NCBI RefSeq assembly: GCF_030028105.1
Contig: NC_092370.1
Coordinates: 175,718,647-175,782,646 of the forward strand
Source: Mobula birostris
Taxonomy: Eukaryota
Direction: 5' to 3'
Length of the DNA: 64,000 nt
This document shows, piece after piece, positions 38,699 through 51,239 of the stretch. Each line of letters begins with the position of its first letter. The stretch's first letter is position 1. The notes under the pieces are model-generated. The model was not told the DNA's origin. It was given only the letters and a program-made list of their open reading frames with translations, and did not search any database. The position numbers were made by a program, and so were the translations under genes.

Positions 38699-40238
38699 CA
38701 GTTGCAAGAAAATTTTGTAAACCCTGGTTTTCTGCATTAATTATACATAAAATGTGGTCTGATCTTTTAAGTTGTAATAATAGACAAACATAATCTGCCT
38801 AAACTAATGACACACAAACGATTGTACTCTTCATGTCTTTATTAAGCACATTGTTTAATTATTCACAGTGCAGGCTGGAAAGAGTATGTGAACCCTTGTA
38901 TTTAATATCTGGTGTAACTTCCACCAAACATTTCCTGTAGCTGCTGATCAGACTCGCACAACGGCATGGCGGAATTTTAGACCATACCTCCATACAAAAC
39001 TGTTTCAGTTCATCAATATTTCTGGGATTCCTTGCATGAACAGCCCTCTTCAGGTCATGCCACGGCATCTCAATTCGGTTAAGGTCTGTATTCAGACTTG
39101 GCTATTCCAAAACCCAAATTTTCTTCTTTTTAAACCATTCTGTTGTTGAATTACTCTAGTGTTGCACGTCATTGTCTTGTATCATCCAGCTTCTATTTAG
39201 ATTCAGGTCACAGACTGCTACCCTGACATTCTCCTGTAAAATGTTTTGATGCAATTTTGAATTCATTGTTCCCTCGACGATTGCAAGCTGTCCAGGCCCT
39301 GAGGCAGCAAAGCATCCCCAAACCATGGTGCTCCTTCCACCATGCTCACTGTTGGGATGACATTTTGGTGTTGGTGTGCGGTGTCCTTTTTCCTTCAAAC
39401 ATAGCAGTGTGCACTTCTGCCAAAAAGTTCATCGTTTGTTTCATCTGTTCACAGAACATTGTCCCAGAAGCATTATGGAACATCCAGGTGATCTTTTGCA
39501 AACCTGAGGTGTGCAGCAATTGTTTTTTTTTGGAGAGCAGTGGTTTCCTCCATGGTGTCCTTCCACGAACACCATTCTTGTTCAGTGTTTTTTTTAATAT
39601 TCTGGACACATGAAGAAACTTTAGCAGCTGTTAGTTACCCTCAGGTTCTTTGACACTTCCTTCAGCACTGCATGTTGTGCTCTTGGTGTGATCTTTGCTG
39701 GGTGCCCACTTGTAGGGAGAGTTGCAACAGTACTGAGTTTCTTCCATTTGTGAACAATTTTGCTTACTGTGGACTGATAAACGCTCAGGTCTTTAGAAGT
39801 GATTTTGTAGCCTTTTCCAGCTTCATGCATCTCTACAATTCTTATTCTGAAGTCCTCTGAAAGTTGTTTTGATAGAGGTATGGTGCACATAAACTGATCT
39901 GTCAGTAACCTGACTTGATATGTTTTTATGTAGGGCAGGGCACCTCTACAAGCCACACCTCCAATCTCATCTCATTGATTGGGACACCTGACTCCAAATA
40001 GCGTTTATAGAAGGCATTGCCCCAGAAGTTCACAGACTTTTTTTTTGAACCTCGACTGCGATCGTTTAAATGGTGTACTCGGTATTGACAAGAGGAAGTA
40101 CAATTATGTGTTATTAGCTTAGGCAGATTGTGTTTGTCTAATATTGTGACTCTGATGAAGATCAGGCCACATTTTATGAGTATTTAATGCAGAAAACCAG
40201 GTAACTGCAAAGGGTTCGCAAACTTTTTCTTGCAACTG
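38699..40238 (-). mobile_element. Tc1-like DNA transposon, full length but decayed
   Basis: Long TIRs CAGTTGCAAGAAAA... / ...TTTTCTTGCAACTG followed by TA; GKGYKITSK, GGRSTMVWGCF, QDND, NIDELKQFC transposase motifs in broken frames. Confidence 0.93.
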
Positions 40239-40397
40239 TACACGTGCCTAAGATTTTTGCACATTATATTGTTCAGTATTTTTTGCAGTATGTATATTTT
40301 ATCCTGACCCTTTATTTCTTTTTGCAGCTCCCCCTTCTACCCCTTTTCTTGTCATTAGTTTTTTGGCTCCTAATGACTGCACATGATCTAACAATAA

Positions 40398-40814
<417 letters not shown>

Positions 40815-41585
40815 TAATTTAGATCAATTGTCAATATCTTGTTTCTCTGATGATCTAGACTCTGTAGGATTTGAAAACAATCTTGGCTACATATAGTGCA
40901 TTTTCTCAAATTGGATATGAAGGCACACCCACTCTTTGGCCAATGTGTCAGATTTGATTAGGTGTTTTGAGGAAGGCTGGAAAATGTCTTCTATTTAAAA
41001 CATTACCAGTACTCAGGAAAATGGTTTATAATATTATAAAAATAACTGTCTACACTTCCAAATAAATTAATTGGTTGTGAAGCATACCTTGTAAATGTAT
41101 CTAAAATACATGAACAATCTTTTCTCTTAACATCAAGAACAACTAGATTTACAGTTTGATTTTGCTGTAATTTGATATTCAGATGCCACGTAAGGGTCAC
41201 TGGTTAGAACCATTTAGCTAAATTGTCTGTATGGAGAATTTGATTTTCTGGGGATAGGTTACTTGCAGGATTATTTAGGAACTTTTCTCCTCTGCAAAAG
41301 GCAATAAGTGCTAAAGGTTTATTAATAAATTAAATTTGATATTCAGTAATGGAATTAATCTGAGCTGTATTTTTTCCACATTCTGAAAGAGCTTTTGTCC
41401 AGGCTGTCATATGTCACTGACGCACTGTGAATTATGTGTACAGATTAAGAAAGTTTTCTAGAAGTGATAATAATAAAATTCCTTGTAAATATTTGAACAT
41501 TATGAAATATTTTAGGGCTGTGGCTTCAAATCAGTAGAACAACTGATAAAGTGGTAATAATTATGCTTTATCCTGTTTGATCCAG

Positions 41586-41665
41586 GCTACATTGATCTGT
41601 CCAAACGTAGAGTTTCACAAGAAGAAACCATAAAATGTGAAGACAAGTTTACCAAATCCAAGACT
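41586..41665 (+). CDS. EIF2S1: EIF2S1 exon 3
   Basis: atccag|(G)[26 protein letters not shown]|gtaagt; 80 nt. Confidence 0.97.
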
Positions 41666-42719
41666 GTAAGTGTTTTCATTTTCTCAGATATTTAATACAA
41701 TGAAGGAAAAAGTTTGGTCTTGTATACGCCACTTTATTTACTTGCTCCATAGTTGTACAGAATGTATAAATTGTTGTTTTACATAGGTTTATAGTTATAG
41801 TATGCCAATGTATAATGAGCTGTATATTAAATATCTGTTGAAATATCCTCTTGTTTTGTTTCAAGTTTCTTGTTTTGAGACAAATAAACTACTCTGCAGT
41901 TAATTTTTTTTTTAAACTGGTATTAAATATGTCATCTTTACAAGAGTGCAATACCCAATCACTTAATTTCCATTTTACATTGTTACCTTTAAAAGTGATT
42001 TATAGAGTCCATTGTAAAATTATATTGAAGCAAATGTTATCAGTTCTTAATGTTGGTTTGTGAAAAAGACTTTACTGATACTTTTTGATTGTAAAAAATG
42101 TCATCATATAAAAATTACTTCATGATTTTTGCTGGAGAAGGACAAAATAAATATTGCCTTCTAGTTGATCATAATTTAACTGTAGCATTTCAACTAGACT
42201 CTGGCAGCAATTTTTGTCTTTTGAGTTGGCGCATGGTTCATGCATGTTGGAACTTTCAATCATAGATATGCTTTGTTCCATGACTAAGATTTAATTCTTT
42301 GAGCTTTAATGTCTACCATCTCATTAATTTCAGAGATGTGATGCAAATTACAATCGTTAATTATAAGCAAACCCCCTGACAAGATAACAAAATAAACAAC
42401 ACGTATATTGCTAGAAAGGTGCTAAGTTTTAAATGAGTATGACTAATTTTCTCTGTTTAAATGATTTGTAATAAGTATGATGGGAGAGCACTAATTTAAG
42501 AATCTGGAGTGTACTCTGTCTTATGAAGCAATACGAAAAGTAAGCTTGGCTTTTATGTAATTTGGTTGTATTCAATCTGAATACCACTTTTAACTGCTAC
42601 AATAATGACTCCATTTCACTGAGAGTTTGTATGAAATTCTGAGATACCTTCGAGATCTGATTCTTCCTTTAAAAATAAATGTGTTATTTTAAAAATAAAG
42701 ACAAGGCGCTGATGTTTAA

Positions 42720-42899
<180 letters not shown>

Positions 42900-43673
42900 T
42901 AAGTGTGAGCTTATTTTCTTTATTCAAGAGTGGAAATTTCCTGAGACAGTTTCTCCTATTTTGCTTCGAAACAAACGTAACAGTTTAATTGTCACGGACT
43001 TCATTTAGTTGAATTCTCTTCAAATCTGTGTTTTTGTTCTCCATTGCAGTGGATAGTAGTGCAAATTTATGTCGTTAACTGAGAAAATTCATTCATAGCA
43101 GTTTTGGAATCTGTTCATTACTGATTACCACTGGGATCCTCTAATAATGTTATATATAATGTATCAGTGCCTCGTCTATTTCAATTTCAGCCTGAATATT
43201 TCAAATTAATATCAGAGAATGTGTACGGTATACCAGCTGAAATCCTTCGTCTTCACAAACATCCACGAAACAGAGGGGGAAAAAAACCCAAAGAATGAAT
43301 TGCAGAAAAATGTAAGAACCCCAAAGCCCCCCCCCCAACGCACAACGGCTGCAAAAGCATTAACCTCCCTCCTCCCTCCGCCCCCTCTGTTTTCATTGGA
43401 TGGATGCATTGCATATGCACTACAGTAGTGTTTTAGAAATGTAATCCAGGCATAAACTCACTAGAGACAATTAACTCCTTTTGCCACTTGATGTCAGTAG
43501 ATGGAAGCTCTGTTGAAATATTGTTCCATCACTGAGTGTAAAGTTAACTGAAATGTGTTTCTTTTGTCTGAGAATACTGTCTTTAATTTGGTATTTTGTC
43601 ACAACTTGGCTTTTCAAATCACTTCCAATAATAATACAATGACAATAATAACTTGGATTTGCAGTAGCAAATA

Positions 43674-44500
43674 TAGTTTCAAGAAGAACCCTTTGCAGTT
43701 GCCTAGTTTTCTGCATTAATTATGCATAAAATGTGGTCTGATCATCATCTAAGTCACAATCATAGACAAACACAATCTGCCTAAACTAACAACACATAAA
43801 CAATTGCACTCTTCATGTCTTTATTGAGCATATTGTTTAATCATTCACAATTCAGCTGGAAAAAAATGTGAAGTCTTGTATTTAATAACCTCCTTTAGCA
43901 GCAATAACCTCCACCAAACATTTCCTGTAGCTCCTGATCAAATTTGCACACAGCGAGGATGGATTTTCGAACATTCCTCCATACAAAACTGTTTCAGTTC
44001 ATCAATATTTCTGGGATACCTTGCATGAACAGCCCTCTTCAGGTCATGTCACAGCACTTCAATTGGTCTCTGACTTAGCCATTTCAACAGCACTGCTGGC
44101 CCACCAACTGGAGAGTGTCGTGGTTAAGGGTCGAAACACTCGGTGAAGGTTGGGAACCACCTGATGACATCTGTTCCTGGCTGAAGGCTACGGTTACCTT
44201 ATAAGGTAACTGGAGAATGCACCTTAACAGGTGTATGTAACAAGACAAGTCTTGTTGCAGCAAGCAGCTTCTATTAAGCTTCAGGTTGTACACCACTACC
44301 CTGATATTCTCCTGTAAAATAGCAATTTTGCAATGATACAATTTTGAATTCATTGTTCACTCAACGATTACAAGCTGTCCAGGCCCTGAGACCGGAAAGC
44401 AGTCCTAAACCATGATGCTCCTTCCACCATGCTTCTCAGTCGGGATAAGGTGTTGGTGTGCAGTGCCCTTTTTCCTCCAAACGTAACGATGTGCATTTCT
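43674..44500 (-). mobile_element. Tc1 fragment (3' half, same family as 38699-40238)
   Basis: Collinear with 38699-39420; interrupted at ~44085-44248. Confidence 0.88.
44085..44248 (+). ncRNA. Structured insert with permuted hammerhead-ribozyme-like motif
   Basis: GAGTG-TC-GTGGTT (44113-44125), GAAA-CACTC (44133-44141), AACCAC-CTGATGA (44155-44167); followed by three hairpins; activity not shown. Confidence 0.55.
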
Positions 44501-45452
44501 TGTTGAATTACAAGTGAAGATCGGCTTGATACTAATGAATCACTGGTATTGTCCTGTGCTTGCTTTTAAAAGGACAGTTCCTAAAACATTAAGTTGTACT
44601 GATCAACAAAATTAATGCTGACGAAAATTTTGTTCAACAACACTGCCCAATAAAGAATTATCTTAAACAAATGAAGTGCACACAAATGTCCAAACTTTAC
44701 ATTATATGTCTCAAGACACTTCTCGTGCACATTTACTTACAGAATCACTCAGGCAAGCAACTCAGGAAAATTTGCACATACACTCCATACAACATTACCT
44801 CTATCTATATACAAAATATGATAGAAGCAAATAAACTGAAAAGGTTCATGCTACTACAAGACAAGTCCAATCAACCCCTCAACACATATCCATCATCTGG
44901 ATACAAGGTAGATTTGCGTTTCAAACTCAGTGATTTAGTTATCATTAGCCCTGCACATTACTTCACATCATCTCATTTGTCAGATCAGTTATTGAACAAG
45001 GGGCATCTATTTTCTACTTCCCCACTCCTCCTGATCTCTGAAGTTACAAGTAAAAGGGAAAAAACAAAAGGAAAATAAAAAGGCAATCACATGGAACAAC
45101 TATCAAAGAACTGAAATACAGGAATAATTTCAGATCTAGCATGGATAAAGTGTTTCCAGCATTGGGAGCTCAAAAATGTGTAAATTTATAACTACATTCA
45201 CCACAAAAGGTGCTTATTTTAAAAAAGTACAATGACTTATGCATATGGATAAGAAACATTTGGCCAATTTAGTTTGGGCATTTGTTGTCAAGCTTCTCAC
45301 AGTAATGGCTATTTGTAAATATGAGCACATAACTCCTACAAATACACAGCATTCTCCCCCTCCTCTTATTTATCTTTGACAAATCTTTCACTCAGCGCTC
45401 TAAATATTTAAAAAAAAAACGAAGGCCAAGGCAAAAAGAGTTGAGGCACATA

Positions 45453-46346
45453 CAGTTCCAAGAAAAAGTCTGTGAACCCTTTGCAATTACCTAGTTTTCT
45501 ACATTACTCATAAAATGTGATCTGATCTTTATTTAAGTCACAATAATAGACAAAGACAATCTGCCTAAGCTACTAACTTCTTTTCAATACTGAGTACACC
45601 ATTTAAACAACCACTGTCTAGGTTAAAAAAAAGTATGTGAACCTCTGGGGTAATGCCTTCTGCAAAAGCTATTTGGAGTCAGGTGTCCCAATCAATGAGA
45701 TGAGATTGGATGTGTGGGTTGTAGAGGTGCCTGGATCTATTAAAAAAAAATATCAAGCCAGGTTACTGACAAATCTGTTTTATGTGCATCACACCTTGAT
45801 CAAAACAACTTTCCCAGGATCTTAGAAGAATTGTAGAGATGCACAAAGCTGGGAAAGGCTACAAAAGCATTTCTAAAGCCCTGCATGTTCATCAGTGCAC
45901 AGTAAGAGAAACTGTCCACAAATGGAGGAAATTCAGCACTGTTACTACTCTCCCTAGGAGTGGACGTTCTGCAAAGATCACACCGAGCATTATGTGCAAT
46001 GCTGAAGGTGAAAAAGAACCCAACAGTAAAAGACCTGCAGACATCTCTAGAACTTGCTAAAATCTCTGTCTGTTCATGTGTTCACTATAACAAAAACGCT
46101 GAAAAAGTATGGTGTTTATGGAAGGACACTATAGAGGAAACCACAGCTCTCCAAAAAATAAACATTGCTGCACGTCTCAAGTTTGCAAAAGACTACCTGG
46201 ATGTTCCACCATGCTTTTGGGACAATGTTCTGTGAACAGGTGAGACAAAATTTGAATGTTTTGGTAGAAATGCACATCGTTACGTTTGGAGGAGAAAGGG
46301 CACTGCACACCAATACCTTATCCCAACTGAGAAGCATGGTGGAAGG
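45453..46346 (+). mobile_element. Tc1 fragment (5' half), inverted relative to 38699-40238
   Basis: TA|CAGTTCCAAGAAAAAG TIR; MHKAGKGYKSISKAL...LPRSGRSAKIT; ARLKFAK...FWDNVL. Confidence 0.9.
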
Positions 46347-46673
46347 TTGATTTTTAGCTTTTGAAAGCAGTTAATGGATAGCAAGCTATGAATTTATTAA
46401 ATGTGTTCCTTGTCTGGCTCAGCTAGTGTGTGTGTGTGTGTGTGGTGGAATTACCTGCTTAAACATACAAGAACCTTGGTTGATGCAAACTGTTTCTCAC
46501 ACTTTAAGAAGAAAGTACGTTTTATTAGTTTTGTTTTTTATGTTGCTGTAATAGATTGTTGTTTGGGCTTATTTAGTCTGATATTCTTAGTATATGACTT
46601 ATGTTATTCCCTTCTGGTTTTCCAACACCTCCTTTTCCGCACCCCCCCCCCCCCCCCCCAAACTCCTCTGTAG

Positions 46674-46780
46674 AGACCCTACCATTCTGGACAGTCTTGA
46701 CTTGACAGAAGAAGAGCGGAGTGTATTACTCGAAAATATTAGACGGCGTCTGACCCCACAGGCTGTTAAAATTCGAGCAG
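46674..46780 (+). CDS. EIF2S1: EIF2S1 exon 5
   Basis: ctgtag|[35 protein letters not shown](D)|gtacgt; 107 nt. Confidence 0.97.
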
Positions 46781-48166
46781 GTACGTAATGATTCTGTAAT
46801 GCTGTCCGGGCATAAGGGATAGACTGTCTATTTTGGGTTTGTAGAGGTTGCAACAGGGTTCAGTTTCTGGGAACTGTTCATAACCCAGACAGTTTGCAAG
46901 TTGGAACAGAGCTTCTGCGTGAAAGATGATGCCCACAGTCCCGCAGTTACCATCAAACCTACCCTACTGGTCTCCTAAGAGCTTGTCCATAGGCTGTACA
47001 TAAATTTGGTATGCTAGGAAGGAGTATGATGCAGGTTTGCTCATACCTGTTTAAAAATGTATACACTTCCAGATCTGCCATTATGTAAAGTTCATAAGTA
47101 TAAATGTTTTTATGCCTGCATTTACAGCCCCCCCCACTCAAATATCAAAACAAAGTCATAATAAATAGATTGTGCATGCGAGCAAGGTATTGAGCTTTTC
47201 TGTCCAGCTGCATGCATTTCTACACTTCTGAACTACCTGCAAAGTGAACTGAAGTTAAAACAAATATTCTTTACTTTCATTTTGACATTTTGTACAATTT
47301 AATCTTATGGTATGTGGACCTCTTTTTTTTTTCTTTTTGGGGTCCATAAACAAAGTGCCAAGAGATAAACAAGCTGTCTGCACTGTTGTTCTCCTGTGGC
47401 CATGGCATCTTGTCCTGAAAAGACAGCTTCAAATCAGTCACCGATTTTTGAATTGCGATGGAGATGTGGTATTGGGATAGTGTCTCAATCAGGCAGGGTG
47501 GAGCTGATCCTCGTGAATAGGTTTCCAGAAAATTACTTTCTGGTGGGAGGGTGAAAGTGATAGAAAAGAAATAGGCTGAATCAGGAAGTTAATTAGAAAA
47601 CATAGCTTATCTACTATCTACAAACATCCAGAACTCTTAAATAATTTTGTAACTTGGATTTTGTTGTTTATCCTTCTGCTCTTCGCTCATAAATTTGTAT
47701 TTCTGTCAAGTAGAGTAATGGCTAAGTTTTTAAATTCTGATGCATATGTTGGCATCTGATGTCTTGCCATAATCAATACTTTTTTTCTAATCTTAACCTT
47801 GAATATCAGCACATCTAAAATCCTCAGTCTAATTTATTTTTTTGCACCCTTGCATCTACTGTCAATCAACTGGAAGCCCCTTAGCCCTGGAATCATTACC
47901 TAAATCTCTGTTTCTCATTCCACTATTGATCTAATCCTAAATCTAGATGTTTGGTCATGATTTTAATCATTACCTTGAACATTTGCCTATAGGTCACTGT
48001 GAAATTTTATTGAGTAATGCTCCATCACGGGCCCTGTTTTGTTAATGGTCGTACACATTGAATGCCATTATTGTGGTTAGTTGACAACAATGGGACAACT
48101 TTGTTTTATTTTCCCACTTCAATTTTCACTCAAGTTCCTCAATTATCATTTTCTGTTTAAAACTAG

Positions 48167-48264
48167 ATATTGAAGTTGCGTGTTACGGATATGAAGGTAT
48201 TGATGCTGTAAAAGAGGCACTTCGAGCTGGTCTAGAGTGTTCTACAGAAAGCATGCCCATTAAG
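48167..48264 (+). CDS. EIF2S1: EIF2S1 exon 6
   Basis: aactag|(D)[32 protein letters not shown]|gtgagt; 98 nt. Confidence 0.97.
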
Positions 48265-48371
48265 GTGAGTAGGGGAGGATAAATGTCAGCACTTTATAAT
48301 GGCAATGACTTGTTAGAACAAAAAATAACTGCACAAGCTGGAAGCATTATGGGTAAAGGGTTTTTCAATGT

Positions 48372-51137
48372 AGAGAAACATAGAAAATGGGTGCAGGAGT
48401 AGGCCATTCGGCCCTTCGAGCCTGCATCGCCATTTATTATGATCATGGCTGATCATCCAACTCAGAACACCGCCCCAGCCTTCCCTCCATACCCCCTGAC
48501 CCCCCCCCCCCCCGTAGCCACAAGGGCCATATCTAACTCCCTCTTAAATATAGCCAATGAACTGGCCTCAACTGTTTCCTGTGGCAGAGAATTCCACAGA
48601 TTCACCACTCTCTGTGTGAAGAGGTTTTTCCTAATCTCGGTCCTAAAAGGCTTCCCCTCTATCCTCAAACTGTGGCCCCTCGTTCTGGACTTCCCCAACA
48701 TCAGGAACAATCTTCCTGCATCTAGCCTGTCCAATCCCTTTAGAATCTTATACGTTTCAATCAGATCCCCCTCAATCTTCTAAATTCCAACGAGTACAAG
48801 CCCAGTTCATCCAGTCTTTCTTCATATGAAAGTCCTGCCATCCCAGGAATCAATCTGGTGAACCTTCTTTGTACTCCCTCTATGGCAAGGATGTCTTTCC
48901 TCAGATTAGGGGACCAAAACTGCACACAATACTCCAGGTGTGGTCTCACCAAGGCCTTGTACAACTGCAGTAGTACCTCCCTGCTCCTGTACTCGAATCC
49001 TCTCGCTATAAATGCCAGCATACCATTCGCCTTTTTCACCGCCTGCTGTACCTGCATGCCCACTCTCAATGATTGGTGTATAATGACACCCAGGTCTCGT
49101 TGCACCTCCCCTTTTCCTAATCGGCCACCATTCAGATAATAATCTGTTTTCCTATTTTTGCCACCAAAGTGGATAACTTCACATTTATCCACATTAAATT
49201 GCATCTGCCATGAATTTGCCCACTCACCCAACCTATCCAAGTCACCCTGCATCCTCTTAGCATCCTCCTCACAGCTAACACTGCCACCCAGCTTCGTGTC
49301 ATCCGCAAACTTGGAGATGCTGCATTTAATTCCCTCATCCAAGTCATTAATATATATTGTAAACAACTGGGGTCCCAGCACTGAGCCTTGCGGTACCCCA
49401 CTAGTCACCGCCTGCCATTCTGAAAAGGTCCCGTTTATTCCCACTCTTTGCTTCCTGTCTGCTAACCAACTCTCCACCCACACCAACACCTTACCCCCAA
49501 TACCGTGTGCTTTAAGTTTGCACACTAATCTCCTGTGTGGGACCTTGTCAAAAGCCTTCTGAAAATCCAAATATACCACATCCACTGGTTCTCCCCTATC
49601 CACTCTACTAGTTACATCCTCAAAAAATTCTATGAGATTCGTCAGACATGATTTTCCTTTCACAAATCCATGCTGACTTTGTCCGATCATTTCACCGCTT
49701 TCCAAATGTGCTGTTATCACATCCTTGATAACTGACTCCAGCAGTTTCCCCACCACCGACGTTAGGCTAACCGGTCTATAATTCCCCGGTTTCTCTCTCC
49801 CTCCTTTTTTAAAAAGTGGAGTTACATTAGCCACCCTCCAATCCTCAAGAACTAGTCCAGAATCTAACGAGTTTTGAAAAATTATCACTAATGCATCCAC
49901 TATTTCTTGGGCTACTTCCTTAAGCACCCTGGGATGCAGACCATCTGGCCCTGGGGAATTATCTGCCTTCAATCCCTTCAATTTACCTAACACCACTTCC
50001 CTACTAACATGTATTTCGCTCAGTTCCTCCATCTCACTGGACCCTCTGTCCCCTACAATTTCTGGAAGATTATTTATGTCCTCCTTAGTGAAGACAGAAC
50101 CAAAGTAATTATTCAATTGGTCTGCCATGTCCTTGCTCCCCATAATCAATTCACCTGTTTCTGTCTGCAGGGGACCTACATTTGTCTTTACCAGTCTTTT
50201 CCTTTTTACATATCTATAAAAGCTTTTACAGTCTGTTTTTACGTTTCCTGCCAGTTTTCTCTCATAATCTTTTTTCCCCTTCCTAATTAAGCCCTTTGTC
50301 CTCCTCTGCTGAACTCTGAATTTCTCCCAGTCCTCAGGTGAGCCACTTTCTCTGGCTAATTTGTATGCTTCTTCTTTGGAATTGATACTATCCCTAATTT
50401 CTCTTGTCAGCCACGGGTGCACTACCTTCCTTGATTTATTCTTTTGCCAAACTGGGATGAACAATTGTTGTAGTTCATCCATGCAACCTTTAAATGCTTG
50501 CCATTGCATATCCACCGTCAATCCTTTAAGTGTCATTTGCCAGTCTATCTTAGCTAATTCACGTCTCATACCTTCAAAGTTACCCCTCTTTAAGTTCAGA
50601 ACCTTTGTTTCTGAATTAACTATGTCACTCTCCATCTTAATGAAGAATTCCACCATATTATGGTCACTCTTACCCAAGGGGCCTCTCACGACAAGATTGC
50701 TAATTAACCCTTCCTCATTGCTCAAAACCCAGTCCAGAATAGCCTGCTCTCTAGTTGGTTCCTCGACATGTTGGTTCAAAAAACCATCCCGCATACATTC
50801 CAAGAAATCCTCTTCCTCAGCACCTTTACCAATTTGGTTTACCCAATCTACATGTAGATTGAAGTCACCCATTATAACTGCTGTTCCTTTATTGCACACA
50901 CTTCTAATTTCCTCTTTAATACCATCTCCGACCTCACTACTACTGTTAGGTGGCCTGTACACAACTCCCACCAGCGTCTTCTGCCCCTTAGTGTTACGCA
51001 GCTCTACCCATATCGATTCCACATCTTCCCGGCTTATGTCCTTCCTTTCTATTGCGTTAATCTCTTCTTTAACCAGCAACGCCACCCCACCTCCCCTTCC
51101 TTCATGTCTATCCCTCCTGAATATTGAATATCCCTGA
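48372..51137 (-). mobile_element. Young 5'-truncated CR1 LINE with almost intact ORF2
   Basis: 774-aa ORF (48761-51085) with VVYRPP, GDFN, SDH, KAFDKV, GVPQGS, KFADD; C-terminus continues in ORF 48462-48734 after one frameshift. Confidence 0.96.
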
Positions 51138-51239
51138 ATCAGTGCCTAGTCTCTGTCTTTGAATTGGCATTGTGCTTTTTTATTAAGTCCACTGGAGATG
51201 TAACTTTCGTCTTCCAGAGAGTCAACCCATGGAAAGTTA

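Noticed and set aside
44501-44639. TGTTGAA...TTCAACA inverted termini suggesting a mini-LTR or MITE
   Set aside because: Only 7 bp, no TSD, no second copy in the window; compatible with chance.
50361-51137. 258-aa plus-strand ORF and similar antisense ORFs over CR1/Rex elements
   Set aside because: Shadow frames of LINE ORF2 on the opposite strand.
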